Source: Candidatus Caldarchaeales archaeon
Lineage (GTDB): Archaea > Thermoproteota > Nitrososphaeria_A > Caldarchaeales > Calditenuaceae
Direction of reading: 5' to 3'
NCBI GenBank assembly: GCA_032249095.1
Contig: JAVVGN010000036.1
Location: 1-18,709 of the forward strand
DNA length: 18,709 nucleotides
This document shows positions 1 to 7,912 of the stretch, piece after piece. The position numbers were made by a program, and so were the translations under genes. Under the pieces are notes generated by a model. That model did no database searches and was not told where the DNA came from. It saw only the letters and a program-made list of their open reading frames with translations. Position 1 is the stretch's first letter. Each line of letters begins with the position of its first letter.

Positions 1-64
1 AGCCCACTGCGGGGGGTCAGCGGATACTCAAAAGCATAAACGTCTACGCGGAGACAAAATACTC

Positions 65-74
65 AAATATATTT
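65..74 (+). promoter_or_regulatory. TATA-like box upstream of citrate synthase
   Basis: The AAATATATTT motif lies about 29 nt upstream of the TTG start at 103, which fits an archaeal TATA box and a leaderless transcript. This call rests on sequence pattern only. Confidence 0.4.
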
Positions 75-102
75 GTAGCGCGATGAATTAATTGTCGGTG
101 AC

Positions 103-1245
103 TTGAGCTCGGGCATCAGGGTGCAGAAGGGGCTTGAGGGGGTTTATGTTACCGAGAGCGCCATCAGCTTTATAGATCTCGAGCGGGGCGCTCTTTACTA
201 CTCCGGGTATGACGTGAGGGAGTTGGTCGAGCGTAGCCGTTACGAGGAGATTGTCTTCCTACTACTGAACCGGAGGCTCCCCACCGCGAAGGAGTATGAC
301 GCACACGTAAGGGAGCTTGTCTCGAACATGAGACTTGGGGGGGACCACCTCGACGTTATAAGAAGTTTTGTGTCTAAGATGGATCCTCTATCCATCCTGG
401 CGACTTTAATGGTAATTGAGGGTAGCGGCAAGCAGGGCGGCGACCCCTCAGACACTTCCTCGGCCGTGAGGGCGGTGAGTAGGATGGGAGCATTTTTCTC
501 GACCATTGTGAGGCTGAAGCTCGGCGGAGACTACATCCCGCCCCGAAGCGACCTCGGATTCGTCGAGAACATGTTGTACATGATTAGGGGGGAGCCCCCT
601 ACGAGCGAGGAGGCGGCCATCCTTGACGACCTACTCATCCTACACGCCGAGCACGGAATCCCGGCCAGCACGTTCGCCTGCCTAGTCGCGGCCTCAACAC
701 TTAGCGACCTGTTCTCTTCTGTCGCCGCTGGAATACTAGCTCTAAAGGGGCCGCTGCACGGCGGCGCCTCGGAGGCCAGCTATAAGCAGGCCCTCGAGAT
801 CGGCGATCCCGCGAGGGTTCCAGAGTGGGTTGAAGAGGCTCTTCGCTCAAAGCGGAAGATCATGGGTTTTGGCCACCGAGTCTATAAGACTTATGACCCG
901 CGGGCGCTTATTGTCAAGGAGATTATCCGGCGGCTTGAAGATAGGCTTAGCCAAGAGGATAAGATGCTACTTAGGGTTACACAGGCTCTCGAGGAGTATG
1001 GTGAGAAGAAGCTCGCAAACAGGGGTATATATCCCAACGTGGATCTCTGGACGCCGATAGTGTATCGCGCACTAGGTCTGCCCGAGGATACCTTCACGCC
1101 ACTCTTCGCAGTAAGCCGAACAGCGGGCTGGGCAGCCCACATTCTAGAGTACTGGACCGATAACAAGCTTATCAGGCCTCTCCACCTATACACCGGCGAC
1201 AAGCTCAAACAGTATGTTCCCATCGAGCTTAGATCAGGCTCCTAG
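103..1245 (+). CDS. gltA: Citrate synthase (citrate / 2-methylcitrate synthase family)
   Basis: The 380-aa ORF has an N-terminus KGLEGVYVTESAISFIDLERGALYYSGYDVRELV typical of archaeal citrate synthases. It also carries the conserved HAEHG, GPLHGGA and GFGHRVYK..DPR active-site motifs. The start is TTG at 103, with GTG at 121 as an alternative. Confidence 0.9.
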   Translation: MSSGIRVQKGLEGVYVTESAISFIDLERGALYYSGYDVRELVERSRYEEIVFLLLNRRLPTAKEYDAHVRELVSNMRLGGDHLDVIRSFVSKMDPLSILATLMVIEGSGKQGGDPSDTSSAVRAVSRMGAFFSTIVRLKLGGDYIPPRSDLGFVENMLYMIRGEPPTSEEAAILDDLLILHAEHGIPASTFACLVAASTLSDLFSSVAAGILALKGPLHGGASEASYKQALEIGDPARVPEWVEEALRSKRKIMGFGHRVYKTYDPRALIVKEIIRRLEDRLSQEDKMLLRVTQALEEYGEKKLANRGIYPNVDLWTPIVYRALGLPEDTFTPLFAVSRTAGWAAHILEYWTDNKLIRPLHLYTGDKLKQYVPIELRSGS

Positions 1246-2377
1246 CTAGGTGGGAGAGGAAGCTGAGTCCCCTCGTGGACGCGATGCTCAACGCTAGGCC
1301 GGACACCTGAAGGTCCATGTCACCCCGCCTGGAGAGCGCGTCTGCGAACCCCGACTCTGATGCTGCCTTGATTAGCATGTCTAGCTGTGAGTAACGTAGT
1401 GTTGAGAGGGCCTTGGACAGCCAGTAGATCATCTTTAGCTCTCTATATAGGCCCCTAACCATGCGTCTATAGGCCCCCTCATCACCCTCTGTTAAGAGTC
1501 GGTATGCATGCGTCCCTGCAGCCCTCGCACAGATTCCGCCCACCACGACGCCACCTCCCGTTGTAGCCTTCACCTGTCCAGCCGCGTCCCCGACGAGCAA
1601 GACCCTTCCTGTCAGACCGTGTTCGAGTGGCGGCCCCCTGTAGATCGAGTGACTCATGTAGCCTATTGCCCTCGCCTGAGGCATCTCCTCGCGGATTAGC
1701 CTAATCGCTTTTTTGTGCAGGTCGCTTTTGCCGGCCACGCCCACCCTGCCGAGCTCCTCGTTAATGGGTACGAGGTATCCGAAGAAATCCCTCAAGTAGG
1801 GTTTGAACCAGACGTGAGCCCTCCGCGGGTCGAGCCCGTGACCCCTCACCACGAGCTGAATGATGGGCATCCAGTAGGGCGCATAATACTGTTTGTAAAT
1901 GCCTCTTGCCAGCCGCCCGGCTGACCCCTCAGCCAGTATGACGACGCCCGCGCGATAGGTCTCGCCATCCTCGGTGACGACCTTGCAAGGCCCATCGTCC
2001 ACCCGGCTACACCCCGCGACACGGGTACCTACAAGAACCTTGGCGCCTGACGAGAGAGCCTCCTCCGCTAGGAACCTGTCCAACGCCTCCCTCTCCGCCA
2101 CGACCGCGACCGGCGAAGAGGCTTTTATCTCGAGCTCCGCACCCCTTGGCGAACGGATAACCGCGCCCCACAAAAGGTTCTGGACGTAACTCCTGCTGAG
2201 CCTCACCCCAACTCTCTCCAGGCCCCTTATGCTGTAGAGGCCAGCACACCTCTCAGGTCTGCCCACAACCATGTCCTCTTCAAGGAGGAGGACGCTCAGC
2301 CCCCGCCTCGCCGCCTCACCCGCCGCTATGAGGCCTGAGGACCCCCCTCCAACGACCACGGCGTCAAACCGCTGCAT
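1229..2377 (-). CDS. FAD-dependent geranylgeranyl reductase family oxidoreductase
   Basis: The N-terminus FDAVVVGGGSSGLIAAGEAARRGLSVLLLEE is a GxGxxG FAD fold, and a later LVGDAAG motif is typical of the GGR / digeranylgeranylglycerophospholipid reductase family. The ORF track extends to 2404. ATG at 2377 is preferred because a TATA-like TTATAT (2403-2409, minus strand) sits about 26 nt upstream of it. The 3' end overlaps the convergent citrate synthase gene by 17 nt. Confidence 0.8.
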   Translation of the reverse strand: MQRFDAVVVGGGSSGLIAAGEAARRGLSVLLLEEDMVVGRPERCAGLYSIRGLERVGVRLSRSYVQNLLWGAVIRSPRGAELEIKASSPVAVVAEREALDRFLAEEALSSGAKVLVGTRVAGCSRVDDGPCKVVTEDGETYRAGVVILAEGSAGRLARGIYKQYYAPYWMPIIQLVVRGHGLDPRRAHVWFKPYLRDFFGYLVPINEELGRVGVAGKSDLHKKAIRLIREEMPQARAIGYMSHSIYRGPPLEHGLTGRVLLVGDAAGQVKATTGGGVVVGGICARAAGTHAYRLLTEGDEGAYRRMVRGLYRELKMIYWLSKALSTLRYSQLDMLIKAASESGFADALSRRGDMDLQVSGLALSIASTRGLSFLSHLARSLI

Positions 2378-2496
2378 GCATGCAAACCATCCCAAAATGG
2401 GCATATAACACTTATCAAAGATGCTCTCACTGGTGATATCTTTATGACTTGCAACAATCTGTAGCTTCCAGCCCCCCGGGGGTGTTATGAAGGAAG

Positions 2497-2991
2497 TTGC
2501 CGAGTCTCCCCAACTCGGGGAAACTACGCATAGACGACGACTCCCTAAACTTCGACTATGCCCACTTCCTCCCTCACATCAGTAAGTGCTCCACAATTCA
2601 TGGGCACTCGTCGAGGGTCGAGATAGAGGTGGAGGGGGTTAAGGACTCGACCGGCATCATAGTTGACTTCGGCTATCTCAAGTCCGTCGTACGCGAGGCG
2701 ATCTCAAAGCTTGACCACAAGATATTTGTCTGCAAGAAGTATGTAGTGGGGCTGGACGGCGGAAGACTAGTCGTAGCCTTCTCGGGGAGAGATGGGGAGT
2801 ACAGGCTAGAGCTACCGGCATCCCAGGCGTTCGTGGCTGATTTTGAATCCACGGTCGAGAACATCGCAACCTACATATCTGAGTACGTGATGGAGCGGAT
2901 GCCAGAGAATGTGACCGTGGTAAGGGTATGCATTAGCGAGGGCATTGGTAAGAGCGCAGAGACCACGACTACGCGCCGCAGAGATGACTAG
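2497..2991 (+). CDS. queD: 6-carboxy-5,6,7,8-tetrahydropterin synthase (6-pyruvoyl-tetrahydropterin synthase family, QueD-like)
   Basis: The pattern LNFDYAHFLP....C..IHGHS.RVEIEVEG matches the PTPS/QueD zinc and catalytic motif layout. The gene lies directly upstream of queC and overlaps it. The start is TTG at 2497. Confidence 0.8.
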   Translation: MPSLPNSGKLRIDDDSLNFDYAHFLPHISKCSTIHGHSSRVEIEVEGVKDSTGIIVDFGYLKSVVREAISKLDHKIFVCKKYVVGLDGGRLVVAFSGRDGEYRLELPASQAFVADFESTVENIATYISEYVMERMPENVTVVRVCISEGIGKSAETTTTRRRDD

Positions 2992-3640
2992 GCGAGTCCT
3001 CCTACTGCTCTCGGGCGGCGTAGACTCGGCCGCAGCTCTCTGGCTGCTCAGAAAGGAGAATGGAGCCAGCGAAGTCTACACACTATCCATAAATTTTTAT
3101 CGAAGGAGTCCGGGCGAGGCGGCCGCCGCTAGGAGACTTTCTGGGCTTGCCGGTGCTGCTGGTCACATGGAGATTGATATGCAGTTTCTCCGCGAGGCGG
3201 AGGACCTTCCCCGACTGGCCGACTCTTATCCGGCGGCGCAGAGCCTCCCCCCCGTCTTCCTACCAGCCAGGAACATCATATATTACTCTGTGGCGGCTCA
3301 CGTAGCCTCCTCGCTTGGCGCCCGAGAGATAGTTGTAGGGCACAACAGGGACGATGTCGAGACTTTCCCCGACGTGGGATGCGACTTCATAGAGGCTTTT
3401 AACGAGCTACTCGAGAGAAGTCTGCCCGGCTTCGGAGCGTCGGTGAAGGCTCCACTAATAGGCCTCCGGAAGTTGGAGGTCTGGAGGCTGGCCTACCAGC
3501 TTGGCGTCCCCCTCGGCATGACTTGGAGCTGCTGGCGCGCTGGGGAGCTACACTGCGGAAGGTGTGCTGGGTGCATGCAGAGGCGAAAGATGTTCGAGAC
3601 ACTGGGAATCGAGGACCCCACGAGCTACCAAGAATTATAG
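2984..3640 (+). CDS. queC: 7-cyano-7-deazaguanine (preQ0) synthase QueC
   Basis: A PP-loop SGGVDS lies near the N-terminus (MTRRVLLLLSGGVDSAAA). The C-terminal cysteine cluster CWRAGELHCGRCAGC is typical of QueC zinc sites. ATG at 2984 is preferred over the ORF-track start at 2945 and gives an 8-nt overlap with the queD stop at 2989-2991. Confidence 0.85.
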   Translation: MTRRVLLLLSGGVDSAAALWLLRKENGASEVYTLSINFYRRSPGEAAAARRLSGLAGAAGHMEIDMQFLREAEDLPRLADSYPAAQSLPPVFLPARNIIYYSVAAHVASSLGAREIVVGHNRDDVETFPDVGCDFIEAFNELLERSLPGFGASVKAPLIGLRKLEVWRLAYQLGVPLGMTWSCWRAGELHCGRCAGCMQRRKMFETLGIEDPTSYQEL

Positions 3641-3670
3641 ATTATTAAGCAGGTCGAGTGGAGTCCTGGT

Positions 3671-4528
3671 GTGAAGATAGGCCTCAATGCCTGGACTATC
3701 GGGGGCTGGCGTCTCAATCTCCCAAGAGGATATGACGAGGCTATACGGATCGCCTCTCAGCTGGGGTACCAGGGCCTCGAGGTCGTGTACGACGACTCCA
3801 ACTTCTCGCCCGATAGGATCGGCAAGGCGGCGAGGAGAAGGATCTCGGAGCTCGCAGACTCCCATAACCTAGAGCTGCCAAGCGTCGCTACGGGTGTTTT
3901 CTGGAGATACAGCCTCTCCTCTCCCCATGAGGCGGAGAGAGAGCGGGGCCTCAGCTATCTAAGGTCTGGGCTTGAGCTGGCCGCCGACATCGGCGCATCA
4001 ACACTCCTAGTTGTACCCGCGGTCGCGAGGGGTGAGGTAGGCTATAGGGAGACCTATAAGCTCGCCCTTAGTGCGCTGAACCGCGCGGCGAGGTGGGCTG
4101 AGGACCTCGGCGTTAACATCGGTGTGGAGAACGTCTGGAGCAGGTTCCTCTACGATCCCGAGATATTTAGGAGATTCGTGGAGGAGGTGGGCTCTGAGCG
4201 TGTCGGCGTTTACTTCGACGTGGGGAACGTGCTTGAGCTATCGCCCTTCGAGCACTGGCTCGAGATCCTTGGGGACAAGATTTTGGTGATCCACGCAAAG
4301 GATTACGACATGGCCTCGAGGGGGCCGGGAGGATTCAGATACGTCGGTCAGGGATCGGTTGACTGGTCGAAATTCGTATCCATGTTGAGGCAGATCGGCT
4401 ATGACGGCTATCTGAACGTGGAGACGCCCCCGGAGTTTTCTAAGCCCTCTGATGCCATCAGGATACCGGAGGACGGGATAGAGGCGGCCAAAACAAGCCT
4501 AACGAACCTAAGAAAATACGTGACCTAG
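3671..4528 (+). CDS. Sugar phosphate isomerase/epimerase (xylose-isomerase-like TIM barrel family)
   Basis: The 285-aa ORF has the family's typical layout: KIGLNAW..., GYQGLEV, an NIGVENV block, a VYFDVGN block and YLNVE near the C-terminus. The substrate cannot be inferred from sequence. Confidence 0.7.
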   Translation: MKIGLNAWTIGGWRLNLPRGYDEAIRIASQLGYQGLEVVYDDSNFSPDRIGKAARRRISELADSHNLELPSVATGVFWRYSLSSPHEAERERGLSYLRSGLELAADIGASTLLVVPAVARGEVGYRETYKLALSALNRAARWAEDLGVNIGVENVWSRFLYDPEIFRRFVEEVGSERVGVYFDVGNVLELSPFEHWLEILGDKILVIHAKDYDMASRGPGGFRYVGQGSVDWSKFVSMLRQIGYDGYLNVETPPEFSKPSDAIRIPEDGIEAAKTSLTNLRKYVT

Positions 4529-4591
4529 GCCTAGCCCCTGCCCAGGCCGGTCTTCGAGCCGCGGGTGGCTTCGCCCCTGCCTTAGCTAAGG

Positions 4592-4598
4592 TTTTAAG
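4592..4598 (+). promoter_or_regulatory. TATA-like box for the S11 gene
   Basis: The TTTTAAG motif lies about 26-30 nt upstream of ATG at 4624. This argues against the ORF-track GTG start at 4600, which overlaps the box. Confidence 0.45.
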
Positions 4599-4623
4599 CG
4601 TGGCTTGTGGCAGAAGATTCCAG

Positions 4624-5037
4624 ATGTCAGAGGCTCAGCAGGCTGAGGCTAAGAGGGAGCTGTGGGGAATCATCCACATCTACTCCTCATACAACAACAT
4701 AATCATACACGCAACGGACATCACCGGAGCTGAGACCATCGCTATTGCGTCGGGCGGCATGTTCGTGGAGTCTGGGAGGCTGGAAGCCTCCTCCTACGCC
4801 GCGACTAGGGCAGCCAACTACGTGATGGAGGCCGTAAAGCAGAGGGGGATAACGGGCGTCCACATACGCGTTAGAGCACCCGGGGGCGTGAAGTCGAAGA
4901 CCCCGGGCCCTGGGACTCAGGCGGCTATAAGGGCCATAGCGCGGTCGGGGGTCATGATAGGTAGGATTGAAGACGTGACACCCCTACCGCACGACAGCGT
5001 GAGGAGGAAGGGAGGCCGCCGGGGGCGCAGAGTCTAG
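4624..5037 (+). CDS. rps11: 30S ribosomal protein S11 (uS11)
   Basis: The sequences [27 protein letters not shown] and the C-terminal [23 protein letters not shown] are hallmark uS11 sequence. Confidence 0.93.
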   Translation: MSEAQQAEAKRELWGIIHIYSSYNNIIIHATDITGAETIAIASGGMFVESGRLEASSYAATRAANYVMEAVKQRGITGVHIRVRAPGGVKSKTPGPGTQAAIRAIARSGVMIGRIEDVTPLPHDSVRRKGGRRGRRV

Positions 5038-5519
5038 GCCGCTGGCTGGGGGATCACGAGGCCTATCTTGTCCTCCTCCTCCCTCTGAACCAAGTATCCG
5101 GGTGCCGAGACTATCCGCCCACCGACCTCTATCTTCTTATGAGTGATGAGCTGCCTTGCCTGGTGGATCGTCCTTGCAAGGCCCTTCCGGTAGACGATGG
5201 TCTGGAGCCTCCTCTCAAGAATATCCCTCACGGTGAGCTGTAAGACGTAGTTTGCGTCCGCGTCCTCAGGGACGAGCCCAATCCTGTAGAGCTTGTCGAT
5301 GAGGGCGCGCTCCCTCCTTCGCCTCTCCTCACCTGTGAGGACGAAGAGGTCCCTCGCAATCTTCCTATACTTCCTCAGGACTGAGGCTGCCCTCCAAAGC
5401 TCCCTCTTGTTACGTAACCCGTATTCGCCTACGAGTTGCAGCTCCTCCTTGAGCCTATCCTCCTGCCACGGGTGCCTCGGAGTCTCGTACTTCTTCCTCG
5501 GCCTCTTAGGATCTCCCAT
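5034..5519 (-). CDS. rps4: 30S ribosomal protein S4 (uS4)
   Basis: The N-terminus [23 protein letters not shown] is hallmark archaeal uS4, followed by an S4 RNA-binding domain ([25 protein letters not shown]). The gene is convergent with rps11, and the two stop codons share the tetranucleotide CTAG at 5034-5037. Confidence 0.93.
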   Translation of the reverse strand: MGDPKRPRKKYETPRHPWQEDRLKEELQLVGEYGLRNKRELWRAASVLRKYRKIARDLFVLTGEERRRRERALIDKLYRIGLVPEDADANYVLQLTVRDILERRLQTIVYRKGLARTIHQARQLITHKKIEVGGRIVSAPGYLVQREEEDKIGLVIPQPAA

Positions 5520-5544
5520 ACGTCCGCTAGATCACGAACCCATT

Positions 5545-5553
5545 AATTTAAAA
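5545..5553 (-). promoter_or_regulatory. TATA-like box for the S4 gene
   Basis: The minus-strand motif TTTTAAATT lies about 26 nt upstream of the S4 ATG at 5519. Confidence 0.45.
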
Positions 5554-5918
5554 CTTTCACAGAACTCAGCCGTGTCTCCTTGACCAGGCCAGGGGAGGGT
5601 TTAAACTGGCAAGTGGGGGTAATTAGACACCAAGTCCAAAATAACGCTCCAACATCCAAAGATATATAAGACCTCAGGGAAACTAATACTACCAAGAGAA
5701 ATCGACTACATACTATCAAGCATTAAGGGCTTAGAGAAGGAGATAGGAGTAGTAAAGAATGAGAGGTCTAAACTAAAACACACTAGGCATAGAGCACGGA
5801 AACATACCAACAAAGCTAGAGCATGGGAAACGAGGTAATCTTAGGGGAAAAGGACAAACAACACTACATGGATACCCGAGGCCAGAAATATAATAATCCT
5901 TAATAGAGGGTCTATCGT
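5551..5918 (-). mobile_element. ORF-less copy of the repeat family whose full-length member lies at about 13.3-15.15 kb (candidate non-autonomous element)
   Basis: The reverse complement of 5655-5866 aligns by hand with 13315-13650 at roughly four-fifths identity. The alignment includes a 39-nt perfect block (5721-5759 against 13427-13465). Weaker colinear blocks match the right arm of the full copy: GGTGTCT at 5625-5631, AAACCCTCCCCT at 5591-5602, and CGGCT..AGTTCT.TGAAA at 5554-5572. The region is AT-rich compared with its surroundings and has no ORF. The outer boundaries are uncertain. Confidence 0.6.
5662..5670 (-). promoter_or_regulatory. Conserved near-palindromic TATA box inside the repeat (copy A)
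   Basis: The minus-strand CTTATATAT is the homologue of the TTTATATAT box at 13635-13643 in the full-length copy. It points toward rps4, but the TATATA core is symmetric, so direction is uncertain. Confidence 0.4.
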
Positions 5919-5930
5919 TAGTCGCTCGGC

Positions 5931-6629
5931 TTGCCCTATCAAATAAGGGTGGACGGTGAAGGGGAAGACTGGGTGCGGCTCGAGCTGGGAGATGTCCCAC
6001 ACTCCCTAGGGAACGCGCTCCGGCGGATGATCATCAACGAGGTCCCCACAATGGCCGTAGAGGAGGTGCTAGTTATTGAGAACACCTCCGTGATGACCCA
6101 TGAGGTCCTCGCCCATCGAATATCTCTGATACCCTTCACCACCGACCTCGAGAACTACGTTCTGCCCGAGGACTGTGACTGCGGGAGCCAGCTCGGCTGC
6201 CCGCGATGTAGCGTCAGGTACAGCCTCAGGAAATCCGCCAGCGGCGGGGTCGTCACTGTATACTCTTCAGACCTCCAGCTGGAGTCCGGCTCGGAGCGTG
6301 TGAGGCCAACAAGCGGGGAGTTCCCGCTGGTCAAGCTCGCTGATGGGCAGTCGGTCGAGCTCGAGCTCTATGTCCGGCTGGGTAAGGGTAAGAAGCATGC
6401 AAAATGGCAAGCGGGGTTGGCGACTTTTTATGAGGAGGGCGGCAAGAAGTTTTTATACGTCGAGTCGTTCGGCTTCCTGCCCCCACGAAGGATGGTCTTG
6501 GAAGCCGCTAAGATATTTGAGGAGATCGTCAGGAGACTTAATGATGACGTAGTAGCTTCTATTGGTGGTAGTCATGAGTGGGTCGGAGAAGAGCAGGGCG
6601 CTTCGCATCAAGGTTCGGAGGATGGCTAA
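5931..6629 (+). CDS. rpoD: DNA-directed RNA polymerase subunit D (Rpo3)
   Basis: The sequence LGNALRRMIINEVPTMAVEEVLVIENTSVM.HEVLAHRISLIP is the conserved RpoD/Rpb3 N-terminal dimerisation motif. An internal CDCGSQLGCPRCS cysteine cluster is also present. The start is TTG at 5931, about 26 nt downstream of a CTTAATA box, with GTG at 5949 as an alternative. Confidence 0.9.
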   Translation: MPYQIRVDGEGEDWVRLELGDVPHSLGNALRRMIINEVPTMAVEEVLVIENTSVMTHEVLAHRISLIPFTTDLENYVLPEDCDCGSQLGCPRCSVRYSLRKSASGGVVTVYSSDLQLESGSERVRPTSGEFPLVKLADGQSVELELYVRLGKGKKHAKWQAGLATFYEEGGKKFLYVESFGFLPPRRMVLEAAKIFEEIVRRLNDDVVASIGGSHEWVGEEQGASHQGSEDG

Positions 6630-6918
6630 GAGGAGCAGGTTCTGGGCGGCCGTCCTCCGTCACCTCGAGGCCTCCTCGAGGAGGATGAGGGCGGTCAACA
6701 TATACCGCCTGAATAGGGTGGATGCACCGGCGGGCAAGGTCCTCGTCGTGGGTAAGCTTCTTGGGGGCGGCTCACTTAAGAGGCCTCTGAAGGTGGTCGC
6801 CTTCGATTTCTCGGACGCTGCTTATCGGAAGGTCTTAGAGGCTGGTGGTGAGGCTTATTATCTCGAGGAGTATCTTGACAAGGATGGTAGCAGCAAGGGA
6901 CTCGTGATTGTGGGGTAG
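6574..6918 (+). CDS. rpl18e: 50S ribosomal protein L18e (eL18)
   Basis: The sequence W..V...LE.SSRRMRAVNIYRLNR....GKVLVVGKLLGGG.L..PLKVVAFDFS..A..K...AGGE has the layout typical of archaeal L18e. ATG at 6574 is preferred, although the ORF opens at 6562. This start overlaps the rpoD 3' end by 56 nt. Confidence 0.85.
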   Translation: MSGSEKSRALRIKVRRMAKRSRFWAAVLRHLEASSRRMRAVNIYRLNRVDAPAGKVLVVGKLLGGGSLKRPLKVVAFDFSDAAYRKVLEAGGEAYYLEEYLDKDGSSKGLVIVG

Positions 6919-6925
6919 GTGAGGC

Positions 6926-7399
6926 TTGTCGCAACTTACCCGTGAGGTGGTCGTGATAGACGGTTCCGGCCACAAGCTAGGCAGGCTGGCCTCGCGCGTA
7001 GCTAAGATGCTCCTAGAGGGGAAGTATGTGGTTATAATCAATGCTGACAAGGTAGTGATCACAGGGTCGAAGGCTGCTATCCTCGAGAGGTATCTTAAGC
7101 TGGTAGGCAGGACTTGGTACTCCTCTATCAGGAAGCCACAGGTCTGGTTTCCGAGAAGGCCGGAGCGTATTCTCTGGTACACGGTCGCTAGAATGTTGCC
7201 TAGGAAGAAGCCGAAGGGACGGAACGCTCTAGAGAGGCTCAGGGTCTACGTTGGAGTCCCCGAAAAATACGCCGATGCTGAAGCGGTAAGAGTCGAGGAG
7301 GCCCTCCTCGTCTCGAACGTCAACAGGTCTGGTAAGCTTGTGAGGAGCCTCACTCTGGAGGAACTCTCTGCTCTGTTGAGGGGGAGGGCTGCCAAATGA
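6926..7399 (+). CDS. rpl13: 50S ribosomal protein L13 (uL13)
   Basis: The sequence VVIDGSGHKLGRLASRVAKMLLEGKYVVIINADKVVITG is hallmark uL13. The start is TTG at 6926 or GTG at 6947. Confidence 0.92.
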   Translation: MSQLTREVVVIDGSGHKLGRLASRVAKMLLEGKYVVIINADKVVITGSKAAILERYLKLVGRTWYSSIRKPQVWFPRRPERILWYTVARMLPRKKPKGRNALERLRVYVGVPEKYADAEAVRVEEALLVSNVNRSGKLVRSLTLEELSALLRGRAAK

Positions 7400-7441
7400 T
7401 ACAGACCCGCCGAGGCTGCGCGGACAGGGTGTTCGCTCCCC

Positions 7442-7855
7442 TTGAACCCGATAATTAGCCTGCTGGCGAAGAATCGACGCTATCTTCAGCCTCAGCACAT
7501 CGGGGCGATCCTGGCCGCCATAAACATGATGGGTGACAAACCCTTCAAACTGAGTGACCTTGACCCCCTCCTCCCCGAGGACCTGACCATGAACAGGAAG
7601 GCGAGGCGGAGCATAACCTCACTCCTCAACCTATTGGCGAAGATAGGTTACCTGTCAAGGCCCAGCCAGCGCACCTATCAAAGACGTTTCAACTCCCTGA
7701 GCCAGATGCTGTCAGAGAGCCTCTTCGAGCTGGCTGAGATCGAGAAGAGGGTTGTGAAACCTATCAAGTCAGAGAAGATCATCAAGCTAGGTGAGGCTGG
7801 CAGAGTGATAGGGGCAAGGATGGTCGGTGGCAAGCAGGCCGGAAGGGGCCGCTAG
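7442..7855 (+). CDS. Hypothetical protein (possible winged-helix-like small protein)
   Basis: The 137-aa ORF has host-like composition and a basic C-terminal tail. I recognise no family. No TATA box lies upstream, so it may be co-transcribed with rpl13. The TTG start is uncertain; an internal ATG ATG lies at about 7526. Confidence 0.4.
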   Translation: MNPIISLLAKNRRYLQPQHIGAILAAINMMGDKPFKLSDLDPLLPEDLTMNRKARRSITSLLNLLAKIGYLSRPSQRTYQRRFNSLSQMLSESLFELAEIEKRVVKPIKSEKIIKLGEAGRVIGARMVGGKQAGRGR

Positions 7856-7874
7856 CCCCCAGAGGCTTCTTGTC

Positions 7875-7882
7875 TTTTTATA
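7875..7882 (+). promoter_or_regulatory. TATA box (TTTTTATA) for the ACT/hom operon; its T-run could also terminate the upstream gene
   Basis: The box lies 31 nt upstream of ATG at 7913. A GAGGT Shine-Dalgarno-like motif sits directly before the ATG. Confidence 0.45.
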
Positions 7883-7912
7883 GACGGAGGCCCCGTTCTT
7901 ACGGGTTGAGGT

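Noticed and set aside
2945-2983. The upstream GTG start at 2945 for queC and the upstream starts for other genes: 4600 for rps11, 2404 for the GGR-like gene, 8353 for hom, 10232 for ecfT and 11884 for ecfA.
   Set aside because: In each case a downstream start gives the canonical protein N-terminus. It also either creates a classic 4-8 nt start/stop overlap with the preceding gene or sits about 25-30 nt from a TATA-like box. The extensions add non-conserved Arg/Ala/Pro-rich residues.
5655-5866. A replication origin (oriC): an AT-rich conserved non-coding block with repeated GTTTCC motifs and a CCCC run, vaguely reminiscent of ORB or mini-ORB elements.
   Set aside because: The matches to the ORB dyad (GTTTCCACTGGA-like) stop after GTTTCC(A), and the spacing to the C-run is wrong. 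No orc1/cdc6 gene is adjacent. The same block occurs twice and is linked to a recombinase-like gene, which fits a mobile element better.
5773-6000. A 75-aa minus-strand ORF spanning the repeat terminus and the rpoD start, together with the 96-aa plus-strand ORF at 5293-5583.
   Set aside because: These ORFs cross the boundary between the repeat and unique DNA, or lie antisense to rps4. The frames are not conserved in the second repeat copy, and the composition is implausible for a protein.
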